DNA of 62,098 nt, the filler included, from Stramenopiles sp. TOSAG23-6 (taxonomy: Eukaryota), in the NCBI GenBank assembly GCA_900128565.1. It is 22 parts of 22 records of this genome, joined end to end, with 100 filler letters (N's around TTAATTAATTAA, not from the genome) between each part and the next. Parts side by side here need not be neighbours in the genome. Positions count along the whole stretch, not along the records: positions 22,725 to 25,454 come from LT637851.1; positions 25,555 to 28,284 come from LT637852.1; positions 28,385 to 31,114 come from LT637853.1; positions 31,215 to 33,937 come from LT637854.1; positions 34,038 to 36,759 come from LT637855.1; 17 more parts are not named here. The stretch is one strand, 5' to 3'. The position numbers were made by a program, and so were the translations under genes. Under the pieces are notes generated by a model. That model did no database searches and was not told where the DNA came from. It saw nothing but the letters and a program-made list of their open reading frames with translations. Position 1 is the stretch's first letter; each line of letters starts with the position of its first letter. Shown here piece by piece: positions 23,487-34,648 of the stretch.

Positions 23487-23915
23487 TTATTTTTTACTCT
23501 TTTGTTTCAAAGCAGATAGTTCAGCAGTTAGAACTTTAATGCGTGCGTCGAGCTTGTGTTCTGATTCTCCTGAAAGTTCAACTAGACGACGCTTCATATG
23601 ATCATCATTCTTTGAAGGTGAAGATAAACCAAGAAATTGTAGTCGCTCCTCCAGTCGTTCTTTAGATAATTCAGGTGCAATTACAAAAACTTCTTGTACA
23701 GTATGACCACGTCTTCCAAGGCATTTCCAACCAGCACCATGAGGAAGAGGTGTCTTCACTCGAATCGTGGTGTTGCTTGCACGACCATGGCGAGTCTGAG
23801 AAATTCGAGCTGGAACGATTGTTTTGATCAACGTCTCCGAAGCGCACAGTTTATGAAGCTTGCTAATAAGCTTCGGTAAATTCGATGAATGATTGAGAAC
23901 AATCCGATATCCCAT
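23487..23915 (-). CDS. DUF2103-like protein
   Basis: RIVLNHS..L..L..IKTIVP..GWKCLGRRGHTVQEVFV resembles DUF2103. Confidence 0.65.
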   Translation of the reverse strand: MGYRIVLNHSSNLPKLISKLHKLCASETLIKTIVPARISQTRHGRASNTTIRVKTPLPHGAGWKCLGRRGHTVQEVFVIAPELSKERLEERLQFLGLSSPSKNDDHMKRRLVELSGESEHKLDARIKVLTAELSALKQKSKK

Positions 23916-24470
23916 ATTTCAAAACAGCAATTGCGACATGATTATTTATTCAAGTTCCANCATCTACTCTTGATACTAAAAATATAGGCTAAATATAGGA
24001 AGGAACACATGAGAGCTTGGCTTGCAGAACGATTTGATGTCCTGACAGAAATCGAGTATTGACCGACTTTTCGACCTTTTCGGCTTTCCCACGTTGACTT
24101 GACACAGAAAAACATAATTAAGGTACTTTTCTGTATCCTTTTACTATAAATTGCATGTATTTATTGCTCAAGATGAATAAAATCTTGGCTAAAATAACAA
24201 AGTCGATAATTCAACATTTTCATAAAGTTTTCTTCTATAGATAACCCTAACCCTTATTATACTAGTATATACCATGGCTAAATTTTTCACAGCTGACAGT
24301 GTGACACGTCATTTTTCTGAACACGTGTGTTGTTGGTACCGTGCTTGCTGTTAGATAAGCCCAAGTTGTTTGTATTGTAAACACGCGTGTCTTGAAGCGA
24401 GTTCATTGATTATAAGCAAGTGTTTATCAAAATTNGTTTACAACTGGAAATTACTTACAACTGAAAGCAC

Positions 24471-25389
24471 ATGCTAAATAAATGGAAAGACCCTTATGAT
24501 TTTGTTTGTAAAACTGCTTCCTCAACTTTTTCAAGCGATACTTTTTCACCCTCATTATTCAGTGTTTTCTTAGGGACGTTTGTAATCAATGCGGAATTGT
24601 TCGTTTACGAAAGACGACACTGGTTCAAACACTTGAAAGTCGTTTACGTACTATTTCGGTTATGTATTTTCCCTGCATTATTTGGAATCCTCTCATTTTT
24701 ACTATGGTTGCCCTTTGAAGGGCTTAGCTTTCGCGACACAATTAAAAGGNCAGACGGGAAATCCAAAATCTGTGTGTGTGACACAATTAAATCNACAGTG
24801 GAGAACAAACTAAAACTCAAAGAATGTGTCCGTTTTGCAAGCTTCAATATATCGTCATGCATAGGTACGGATGGTAAAGAAAATGTCATTCGAACCGCCA
24901 ACGCCATCAAGAAACTAAATTGTGAAGTCATAGCGTTACAAGGCGTGGAAATGAACAAAAAAATTGATCAAGTGGCTTTATTGAGCCAACTTGCTGGTTA
25001 TCAGTATACTGCTTTTCTTTCGACTCTGAATCCATCAAAGTCTGGTGGATACGGTGATGCCATATTATCAAAACTCAAGATTGTGGAGCAACGCGATATG
25101 TACATTTTCATCATGATTGTTTTTGTGTTTAAAAAAAAAAAATTCATTGAAAATTTCATACTTAATCAAATTTTTTTTTCCACAATATTTTTTCACAATA
25201 TATTCGTTTTGAGACGTGGAAACGGAGATCTCAAAGAGGCTGTGTCTTTGTGAAAATTAAGACAAAATCAAAATTCATGTGGTTAGGTTCATCTCATTTA
25301 CAAAACGATATTACTGGGTACGAAAATATTGCACAATTGAAAGTTATTTCGAAGACACTCCAAAATTTACCACTTTGTGTGGTTGGCAT
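24471..25389 (+). CDS. Endonuclease/exonuclease/phosphatase-family protein with N-terminal TM (intron 25100-25203; next intron from 25390)
   Basis: FASFNI, EVIALQGV, DQVALLS, YGDAILSK, then spliced RGCVFVKI..SHL. Confidence 0.75.
25100..25203 (+). other. Family intron, GT..TAT
   Basis: GTACAT..CACAATATAT; links the two EEP ORFs in frame. Confidence 0.8.
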
Positions 25390-25559
25390 GTATGTTTTAT
25401 TTTTTTTTTTACAAAAAAATCGAATTTTTTTTTTATAAAAATTTTGTACCTAACNNNNNNNNNNNNNNNNNNNNNNNNNNNNNNNNNNNNNNNNNNNNTT
25501 AATTAATTAANNNNNNNNNNNNNNNNNNNNNNNNNNNNNNNNNNNNNNNNNNNNTTTTT

Positions 25560-26509
25560 ATGCAAGGAGACAAACATCACCAGAAAATGGAAGCGCTACG
25601 TGATGAGTATTTACAAACCCAAAGTAAAAGCGAGGAAAAATTCATATCAATTCATTCAGAAAGCGAGAAGGCGAGAGCATTACACATGTTAGAAGCAGTG
25701 ATAGGACGTATGAAGCACAAAACACTCAGTCGCGGGCTTGTTACATGGCTTAAATTTGTTCACAAAGATACATTCTTTATGCAGAGCGATGATCATTTCA
25801 AACAAGTTCAAAATCTCCGTACGCAGTTTATTCGTACAATGATATTAAGAGAAGATGGTCGTCGGAAGCGACGGGGATTATTCACATGGCAGAAAAAGTG
25901 TCATATGTTTCATGTTGTTGCAGCGGATAATCTCCAAAATATTCTCGACGAAGAATTGGAATCAAAATCTAGAACAGAACTATCTGTATTAGAACAAAAT
26001 AGGAAACACCATATTCGTAAATTTTATTTATACTTATGCAACAGAGTTTTATACAATTATCATATTGCATTTAATAAGTTGGTACAAAATGTTGCAAGTA
26101 GTAAGCATATCTCATTGGCGAAACTAAAATCTCAACATGAATCAATGCACCCGAAAAAAGGTACAAAAAATACCGAGATTTTGAGAATAGTAAACCCCCA
26201 AAGATTCCAACGGGTAATACAGAAACGACCATAAAAAAAAAGACATCTGCTACACCAAATGCAAAGATGCGTTGGAAACCAAAACTTTCGGAAGAAGAAG
26301 GTCCAACAAATTACGGACACGATCCGATGTCGCTTAGAAAATCTTCTGTTGAAACAAAGCAAACATTGATTAATTTGAAGCGCTTTGGAAGTAGTGGAAT
26401 CCCCAATCCTTCGGCCCTCAATTTAGGGGTACCTTTTGCTTTACGCGATATTCATGCAGAATCTACATCTGCAAACACGACAGAAAAACCATTTAATTTT
26501 GTAGAGTAA
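25560..26509 (+). CDS. Sfi1-like Trp-repeat coiled protein, C-terminal fragment with frameshift
   Basis: LSRGLVTW, RRGLFTW repeats. Confidence 0.5.
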
Positions 26510-28282
26510 TTTATCCAAAGTTTTAATCATGACTGTTACAGCATGATGTTTATGTTGTTGTATCATTTGTTGCTCGGCATCTTCGACCATTCCCACATGG
26601 GCCTCATGGCGCATAGTGTGAACAAAATTATTCCACCCACCCCAACCCCTTGCGGTGGCGCGATGTGTAGATTTCTTAACAAAGCGTTCTACATTATGAA
26701 GAGCCGCACGTCTGCGCATATCGCGTTGTATAAGATCTGAAATAATTTCTTTCCATTTGGCGAGGGATCGCGACAGTTGTTTATGAAGCATATGATCCAC
26801 CATTTTATTAAGCAACTCAAGTCCATGCAACTGCCTTGTATACAAAAACATATCTACGCCTTCTTTTTCACGGTGTAAATGTACATGTCCATTCCATTTA
26901 TTCCATGCCTTGGCACACTTTGCTTGAAGTACGCGACGTAAAACGCGAAATATCATATCTATAGCTCGCCTCTGTTGTTCAAATAAAGCATGATACATAC
27001 CTACTTTGTGCTCCCATACATAGAATTTATCGCCAATGTTTCTCTTTTCCCAGCGAAGAACAACTTTGTGCAAAGTATGGATTGCTTGTGCTTTCTTATG
27101 ATCGTCATGACTATCGATAAGATCGTCCACGTGTGCCGAAAACGCCCGCCGTGCTGATTCTTCGTTTTGTGCAATCATTACAGCTTTCCATTTATTGATC
27201 GCTTGAGCTAATGCTTGTAGCATCAAATATCGTAATGCGTTCATCATTCGAACTAAAATATGATCTTGGTGTCGCTGAATTGTTAGTAAATCGTTTATCA
27301 TAACTTTCCATTTATTCATCGCTCGGGCTAAACCTTTATGTATTAACTTTTCCAATGCTTTGTTCAGTATGATCAATGCATTGTGCTTCTCGTGGTTAAA
27401 TAACTGTTTCTCCATATCTGCCAAACACTCCAAATGGAATTTTGAAATTTTTGACTGCTTACCGATACTAAGTTGTAGAATAAGTTTATTCATTGCTCTG
27501 CCAAGAACCTTTTTCTCCATCCGCATTAAACATCGCATCATCATTTGTGCCGCGGTCATTTTTTTATGTTTACAGTGTGTTGAATCAATTAATTTATGTT
27601 TATCCGCTGCAATTGCATTATGCCATTGCATCCACGCTCTAGCCACAGCCTTATGCAACACATGAGCAATGATTCGCACCATTGCATATAATTGACGAAC
27701 TTGTTCCCTATCAGAGTCAAGTAAATCCTGGATGACTGTCTTCCACGTATTCAAACCACGGGATAATTGCTTATGCATTAATCGACCCAACACGTTTGTT
27801 AAAACAAGCAAAGCGTGGTGCTTCCTCTGACTTTCTATTTTCTGATTAAATTCATTCTCGATCATTTCCCATTCTTGTACTTCAACATCTCTTCGGATAG
27901 TCGATTCATGTTTTTGCAAATCATTATACCACCCCTTCCAAGAATACCAGCCCTTACTGAGTCTATTTTCGAGAGAATGAAGTATGATATGCTCAATCCG
28001 ATGAAGTGCATGCTGACGTTCTCGATCAAGAATAAGTAAGTCGTGTATCATTTCCTTCCACTTTGTTACAGAACGTGCAATTTGCTTATGTATTATTTTC
28101 TGAATTCTGTTTGTGAGAAGTGATAGCCCGTGATGCTTTTGTCTCTGACGAATAATAACCGTTAAATTACTACTATGTATCCATGCAGCATGACCAGTCC
28201 ACTTATTCCACACTTTAGCGTAAACAATCAAAACAATACGACGCATCGTCCGATCGAGCATGTCTAAGGCTCCAGCTTTCAT
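26441..28282 (-). CDS. Sfi1-like centrin-binding repeat protein fragment
   Basis: Many L(A/S)R(A/G)xxxWK repeats with regular Trp spacing. Confidence 0.6.
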   Translation of the reverse strand: MKAGALDMLDRTMRRIVLIVYAKVWNKWTGHAAWIHSSNLTVIIRQRQKHHGLSLLTNRIQKIIHKQIARSVTKWKEMIHDLLILDRERQHALHRIEHIILHSLENRLSKGWYSWKGWYNDLQKHESTIRRDVEVQEWEMIENEFNQKIESQRKHHALLVLTNVLGRLMHKQLSRGLNTWKTVIQDLLDSDREQVRQLYAMVRIIAHVLHKAVARAWMQWHNAIAADKHKLIDSTHCKHKKMTAAQMMMRCLMRMEKKVLGRAMNKLILQLSIGKQSKISKFHLECLADMEKQLFNHEKHNALIILNKALEKLIHKGLARAMNKWKVMINDLLTIQRHQDHILVRMMNALRYLMLQALAQAINKWKAVMIAQNEESARRAFSAHVDDLIDSHDDHKKAQAIHTLHKVVLRWEKRNIGDKFYVWEHKVGMYHALFEQQRRAIDMIFRVLRRVLQAKCAKAWNKWNGHVHLHREKEGVDMFLYTRQLHGLELLNKMVDHMLHKQLSRSLAKWKEIISDLIQRDMRRRAALHNVERFVKKSTHRATARGWGGWNNFVHTMRHEAHVGMVEDAEQQMIQQHKHHAVTVMIKTLDKLLYKIKWFFCRVCRCRFCMNIA

Positions 28283-28384
28283 ACNNNNNNNNNNNNNNNN
28301 NNNNNNNNNNNNNNNNNNNNNNNNNNNNTTAATTAATTAANNNNNNNNNNNNNNNNNNNNNNNNNNNNNNNNNNNNNNNNNNNN

Positions 28385-31114
28385 GAAAACCAAAATGGTA
28401 TCCGCGAGTGTAAAAAATGTGACAGTGCGTCGAAGGGTTGGAAAGGGTGTAGTCCTGGGACTATCCTTGCTCCCTGTACCAGAAGTAGTAATGATAGTTG
28501 TCAAAAATGCCCCGTGAAACATTTCACAGCCACTATTGAACAAGCTAATGATAAAGGACGAAAAGCGTGTATTCCTTGTAAAGAAGCAGGAGATTTTGGA
28601 GATGCTGGGAAACTATATTGTAAACCAGGTACGAAATTTGTATCATGTGTCGATCGAAATCAGGTTGTGGAAGTTTCCAATGGCATTGGACATAGTTTCG
28701 ATTCAAACTGTGAAATTTGTGGAGATGGAAAATTTACGGCGTTACCCAACCAAAAGCAATGTAATATTTGTTCAGAAAACAGAACATGTAACAAGGGTTA
28801 TGGCTTTCGTGAATGTCAGTCGGATACAGATTCATATTGTGAATTGTGTGTACCCGGGTCAACATTTTCCGATAAGAAAGATCAGTCGGGATGCAAAAAT
28901 TGCAATAAGGACATCAAGTGCAAACCTGGGCAACGATTGAAGCCATGCTCTCCAGAAAGCGATGCAATCTGTATTGACTGTGAAGAAGGTACATTTTCTC
29001 CAAATGGAATTTCGTGTACCCAATGTAACAAAACTCATGAATGCGGTTTAGGCCAACAACAAAAACAATGCACTGCCATTAAGGATACGTCTTGTAAGCC
29101 TTGCGGGGAGAACACGTATTCTTCTACAATTAGTGCATTAGCTTGCCAGCCTTGTGATAGTAAGACATGTCCTCATACGTTTAGAAAGATACCTTGTAGT
29201 TTGACAAGTAATGCCACATGTGAAAAAATTAAATGTGGAGCAAATGAAACATACAATGACGCTAATGATAAGTGTGTAACTTGTAGTACAAAGGAGTGCG
29301 TAGGTTTGAAAACTATCAAATGTAGCACCTTCCAAGATACAACTTGTGAATCGTGCAAAGATGACAAAGATCCTAGTGCAAAATTTTATGTGCCTAAAGG
29401 TTCAGATAAGTGTATAAAATGCACAAAACCTAAAAGTTGTGATGAAGGCGAAGAATCAGTGGAATGTGGCCCATTTGCAGATTCATCGTGTAGGAAATGT
29501 GATCCTGGAAAAACTTATTCAACCGATGGTAAAACATGCAAGCAGTGTTTTAGTGAAGATAAAGTTAGACGGTCAGAAAAAGATAGTTGCTGGAATGGAA
29601 TAATAATTCCCTGTACTATCTACTCTCAAGCATATTGTTCACCATGTAAGGTAGAGGGTGCCAAACCCCAAAAATATTATTCTAAAGAAACCAACAAATG
29701 TGAAATTTGCACCGTAATTAATAGCTGTCCAAAGGGTAAAAGAATTGTTCCATGTTCCGACATTGAAGATTCACATTGTGCAGAATGCGAGGAAATAAGC
29801 TGTCCCAAAGGGTATGAAATAGATCTATGTCATGACGATAAACCAACATCTTGCAAAAAATGTCCTGAAAATACTGTATCATATAATGGAAAGATATGTA
29901 AACCGTGCAGAAAACTGAGAAAGTCGTGTTCGCAAGGGTTCAAGTATGCCGAATGTACGACAACAAACCAACCGAGATGTGAAAAGTGTACCTATAAAGA
30001 GGATCATCCCCAATGTAATCGAAATCAATTTGGTGTAAAGTGGTGTGAAAACCTCGATGATAGAGGATATTGTCAACAAGGTGGCAAGGTCTGTAATGAA
30101 AGACCAATAAATTCAACTTGTTCACGATGTACATATAAACAATTGTACTATCAAGAAGGTGATTGGTGTTATCCGTGTGCTGGTTTTTCTAAGTGTCCTA
30201 TAGGTAAGGAACTTTCCCCGTGTTCGGAATTCGAAAATGCAAGTTGCAAAACATGCCCAAAAGGAAAATTTAGTAATAAAAAAAGTAACAAACCATGCAA
30301 GCCTTGGACTGTCACGTCGTGTGCAGAACTACAATATTTGAAAACAAGTATCTATGAGGATAGCCGTTGTCACCATATCTATTGTCGCAAAAATCATACA
30401 TTTAAGAGAGATCAAGGACTTTTCGGAAAATGTGTACCGTGTTTAGAAATATCATGTCNNNNNNGAGGGTTACAAATACGTACCATGTACATGGACGAAA
30501 GATACAGAGTGTGTCAAATGTAAATCCGATGAATATGTACCAATTAATAGTACTGAGTGTAGAAGGTGTACTACTATAACATCATGTAAATCAAAAAGCT
30601 CTGCACCTACAAAATGTACATTGACAGCTGACGCAAAGTGTGAACCTTGTCCAGAGGGTTACTATTCATATGAAGGTAAAAAATGTAAACGTTGCCTTAC
30701 TGAAAATAAACCATAAAATAATGAAANNNNNNNNNNNNNNNNNNNNNNNNNNNNNNNNNNNNNNNNNNNNNNNNNNNNNNNNNNNNNNNNNNNNNNNNNN
30801 NNNNNNNNNNNNNNNNNNNNNNNNNNNNNNNNNNNNNNNNNNNNNNNNNNNNNNNNNNNNNNNNNNNNNNNNNNNNNNNNNNNNNNNTAAAATGTTCCGA
30901 TGATGTAGATGCTCATTGCAAAACATGCGAAATTGAATCTTGCCCAAAAGGTCATAGAAGTGAGCTTTGCAAAGATAATATCGGATCACACTGTATCAAA
31001 TGTAATCAAGGTAATTTTTCCATCGATGGTAAAAAATGTCAGACGTGTTCTTTGAAACCATCATGCCCACAAGGCCATAAAACCAAGGATTGTACGCTCA
31101 CTAAGGATACTATG
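28385..31114 (+). CDS. Cys-rich repeat surface protein (TNFR/ephrin-receptor-like repeats), partial
   Basis: Repeated C..C..GT(F/Y)S...C..C...C..G....C....D..C units. Confidence 0.85.
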
Positions 31115-31253
31115 NNNNNNNNNNNNNNNNNNNNNNNNNNNNNNNNNNNNNNNNNNNNTTAATTAATTAANNNNNNNNNNNNNNNNNNNNNNNNNNNNNN
31201 NNNNNNNNNNNNNNACGAAAATAAATTCAAATTTGAAAAAAAATAAAACATAC

Positions 31254-32733
31254 ATGCACTTAGTTGTTGTATCGGAACGCCCACAAGACTTCTGATTACC
31301 TTCGGACGCAAGACATCCAACTTATCACCATGTATCATGGACAAATATTTGAAGTGTTTTTTGTTAGGTACAGAATTTGGTACAAAAACAATTAACTTGA
31401 AATTAAAATGATGAAAACATATATGACCACATTTTCCATACTCCCCATGTGTTTTGGAAGAATATTTCAAAAAAAAAATCGTTAGGTACAAAATTTCGTA
31501 CGAAAAATAAATACCCCAGGAGTATACATGACCAGATTCAGTGACTGCAAGGCTATGATATCTTCCTGCTAAGATATGGCGTATCCCACGAACATCTTCA
31601 ATTAGTTTTGGTAGCATTTCGTCAGATCTTCTGCCATGTCCTAATTGTCCGTAGTTACCATAGCCACAGGAATAGATTCTCCTAGATTCAGTGAGAAAAA
31701 GAGAATGGCTACCCCCTGCACTGATTTCCATGACTCTTTTCCTTTCTAAACATTCGACCAATTTAGGCTTCATTTGATGCGTTTGATCACCATGTCCGCT
31801 TTTCCCATATGAACCTGAACCCCAAGACCAAACCTTGCCATCGCGTGTTAAGGCGAGTGAGTGATGATCTCCTGCCGTGATGGACATAACACCTTTTTGT
31901 TCTAATGTTTTAATAACCATTGGTTTCTGTTGGTGGCTTTCATTTCCGTGTCCAAGTCTTCCTGAATCCCCACAACCAAACGAATATACAGAACCATTAG
32001 AAGCTAGAGCTAAACTATGAACGGCACCAGCAGAAACACTTACAATATTTACAAGTCCTTTCAAAGATTTAATTTCTTTTCCTTCATTCTCTCCAAGCTC
32101 CGAACCGTGACCTAAACGACCAAATCGACCAACACCAAAGGAACAGATTGACATTGAGTCCATCACAATGAGTACAAAATGGTCTACACCACTACCGCAC
32201 GCAAGTCTATTTTGTACAGAGGTCATCATTAAACGTGAAGTTAACTCCATATTACTCAGCCATTCACTCCAACTTCTTCGGGGTGTTTCTTGACGTCGCG
32301 CAGAAAGTTCCATATTTGCACGACCCTTTATTTTCCTGATATTTGAAACCTTTTTAATGGCATAAGCAGCCCTAAGCATACATGTTCGCTGTGTCAAACC
32401 AACTATCCGAGGAATCGCAACTGGGTGAAAGAAAGGTGATACAACGTCAACTGAAGAAAGATCCTTAGCACTTAAAAAAGACAAAGTCACAACAATTACG
32501 GAGTCTGGAATATCTAACAATGATAATTGTCGACGTTTTACCGATAATTTTGCAAATACAGAAGTATTACATACTTGGTCGAGACTACGTGAAAAATCTC
32601 GCCACACCTTGAAAAGACCAGAGAATGAGGGCAAGTTTTGTGGACTACTGTTCTCTTTGGGAAGACAGGAATTTAGTTGCACGAGGGCTTTACTTGCTGT
32701 ATCAATAGCTTCCAGTAATTTATTCCCATCCAT
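31254..32733 (-). CDS. F-box plus RCC1-repeat protein, 3'-partial
   Basis: F-box-like LLDIPDSVIVVTLSFL; RCC1 repeats SAGAVHSLAL..VYSFGCGDSGRLGHG. Confidence 0.85.
31330..31422 (-). other. Family intron, AT..CAT variant (93 nt, stop-free)
   Basis: Removal gives GKCGH|GD exactly as in the neighbouring RCC1 repeats; CAT direct repeat. Confidence 0.85.
31447..31512 (-). other. 5'-truncated family element inside an RCC1 repeat (66 nt, in frame)
   Basis: Palindrome, branch motif and 3' end present; GTATGT 5' segment missing. Confidence 0.7.
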
Positions 32734-33039
32734 TTACTCAGTGTATGTTAACGAATCATTAAAAGTACTCGTATGCACCTAATTGCAAGAAATAAAGTTA
32801 AACTGATGTGAACAACTGAAACACAACAAACTGACAAGAGATCAAGCTGTCATAACAGTTAAAAAGAACTTTCACCATTNNNNNNNNNNNNNNNNNNNNN
32901 NNNNNNNNNNNNNNNNNNNNNNNNNNNNNNNNNNNNNNNNNNNNNNNNNNNNNNNNNNNNNNNNNNNNNNNNNNNNNNNNNNNNNNNNNNNNNNNNNNNN
33001 NNNNNNNNNNNNNNNNNNNNNNNNNNNNNNNNNNNTGAT

Positions 33040-33618
33040 TTGTTCAGAAACTTTCGACAAAACGCGGTGTGTAATATCCTTCTTCTGGGTGTGTTTGCCT
33101 TACACTTTGCTTCGCTGTGTGATGGAACACTGGGCAATGCGAAGTATAAGAATCATACTTTTCGTGTGACTTGGAACAAAGTTCAGGAAAATTCTCATGA
33201 TTATGGAGGTACTTATTTAGCTTATACGCTTGTGTCATTTTTCATTCTCATTCTAACCTTGACACTACTCTTTTGCTTACCAGATGGAAAATTTTGCTTT
33301 GAATATTTCCTTTATTGGAGATTGACCTTATTCAGCAGTTCAGTATTTTGTGTATTGGCTTTCTCAAACTGGTTTGATAAGGTACCTTCTGTTGAATCTG
33401 AATACAAAAAATTATCAATTACGCCTGGTTCTGGAATGATCATGCTTATTTTCGTTGCATTAATTGAAGTTGGAGTTCTACTTCTCGATTTGTTTTACCT
33501 TTCTAAAGGAAAGCAAGAAAAACCCATTGGAAAAACGAAAAAAGAAAGAATGGAACAACCTCTAGCGCACGCAGAAGCTGTTGCTGTAACCCAGAGTAAT
33601 GACGATGATCCTTGGTAA
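33040..33618 (+). CDS. Multi-pass membrane protein (claudin/amastin-like topology), 5'-partial
   Basis: Three to four hydrophobic helices, TAA stop. Confidence 0.55.
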   Translation: MFRNFRQNAVCNILLLGVFALHFASLCDGTLGNAKYKNHTFRVTWNKVQENSHDYGGTYLAYTLVSFFILILTLTLLFCLPDGKFCFEYFLYWRLTLFSSSVFCVLAFSNWFDKVPSVESEYKKLSITPGSGMIMLIFVALIEVGVLLLDLFYLSKGKQEKPIGKTKKERMEQPLAHAEAVAVTQSNDDDPW

Positions 33619-33728
33619 TTTTATATAGTATAAAGACAAGTTTTATATTGTATAAAGACAACATATATTTTCTCAAATTTTATTCCAAAATTTTTCTTCA
33701 GTGAAAATCTCATATACGATTTCAATGT

Positions 33729-33872
33729 TTATTTCGCACTACTTTTCCCTTCATATGTCATACCATCAAGACCATAAAAATTCCAAACACAAATAGAGCA
33801 ATTATCTGCAACCGAAACAATTTGTTTTTCGTCAGGGCTCCACTGAATTCCTTTTATACAAGAAAAATGTCC
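33729..33872 (-). CDS. Last exon of a WD40 protein
   Basis: GHFSCIKGIQWSPDEKQIVSVADNCSICVWNF begins exactly after partial intron end AAAATATAT (33873). Confidence 0.8.
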   Translation of the reverse strand, partial: GHFSCIKGIQWSPDEKQIVSVADNCSICVWNFYGLDGMTYEGKSSAK

Positions 33873-34092
33873 ATATATTTTGGAAAAATATTTCAAAAAA
33901 AAATTTAAAAAAAATTGTTAGGTACAAAATTTCGTACNNNNNNNNNNNNNNNNNNNNNNNNNNNNNNNNNNNNNNNNNNNNTTAATTAATTAANNNNNNN
34001 NNNNNNNNNNNNNNNNNNNNNNNNNNNNNNNNNNNNNTACGAAATTTCGTACCTAACAAATTTTACAAAAAAAATATTTTTTCACAATACAT

Positions 34093-34611
34093 ATAAGAGA
34101 AAATAGTATACAGTCGGTTGCTAATGCTTTATCCAAAGTTGCATCCTTATCCATTACATCCCCAAATATTTTAGTGTTATTTACGAATGAAATCATTAAC
34201 TTGATTCTATATTGTAGTGAAAAAAAATTATTGTCAAAGAAAATGTACAATCTAGTCGCAGCGGCAATATTATTGGCAATTCAAAGTTTATATCAGCATC
34301 CTGCAAACTTACAACTCATACAAAAATATACTGATATGTATTGCAAATGTATCCTTTCTCCAAATACTGACCTCCGTAAACTTGCCTGTAAATATACTGT
34401 TACTTTCTCTATGCATGTGTGTCATGGTAATAATGCTGTAGATTTTACGATGGCATTATTTAACGCAGCGGTGAAAGAAAATAGTAAAAAGAAAAGAGGC
34501 AAGCGAAATATAAATAGTCATTTAAAACAGAGTCAAAAGAAAAGGAAAATGTGTAAAGAAAAGAGTAACTCAGAATCTTGCTTGAATTTGTTACAGCAAA
34601 TTATAACGTAA
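34093..34611 (+). CDS. Last exon of a helical (HEAT-like) protein
   Basis: Open frame from intron end at 34092 to TAA. Confidence 0.6.
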   Translation: MRENSIQSVANALSKVASLSITSPNILVLFTNEIINLILYCSEKKLLSKKMYNLVAAAILLAIQSLYQHPANLQLIQKYTDMYCKCILSPNTDLRKLACKYTVTFSMHVCHGNNAVDFTMALFNAAVKENSKKKRGKRNINSHLKQSQKKRKMCKEKSNSESCLNLLQQIIT

Positions 34612-34648
34612 CCATGACATTTTAATTTAATGTTTATTGTATAAAAAA

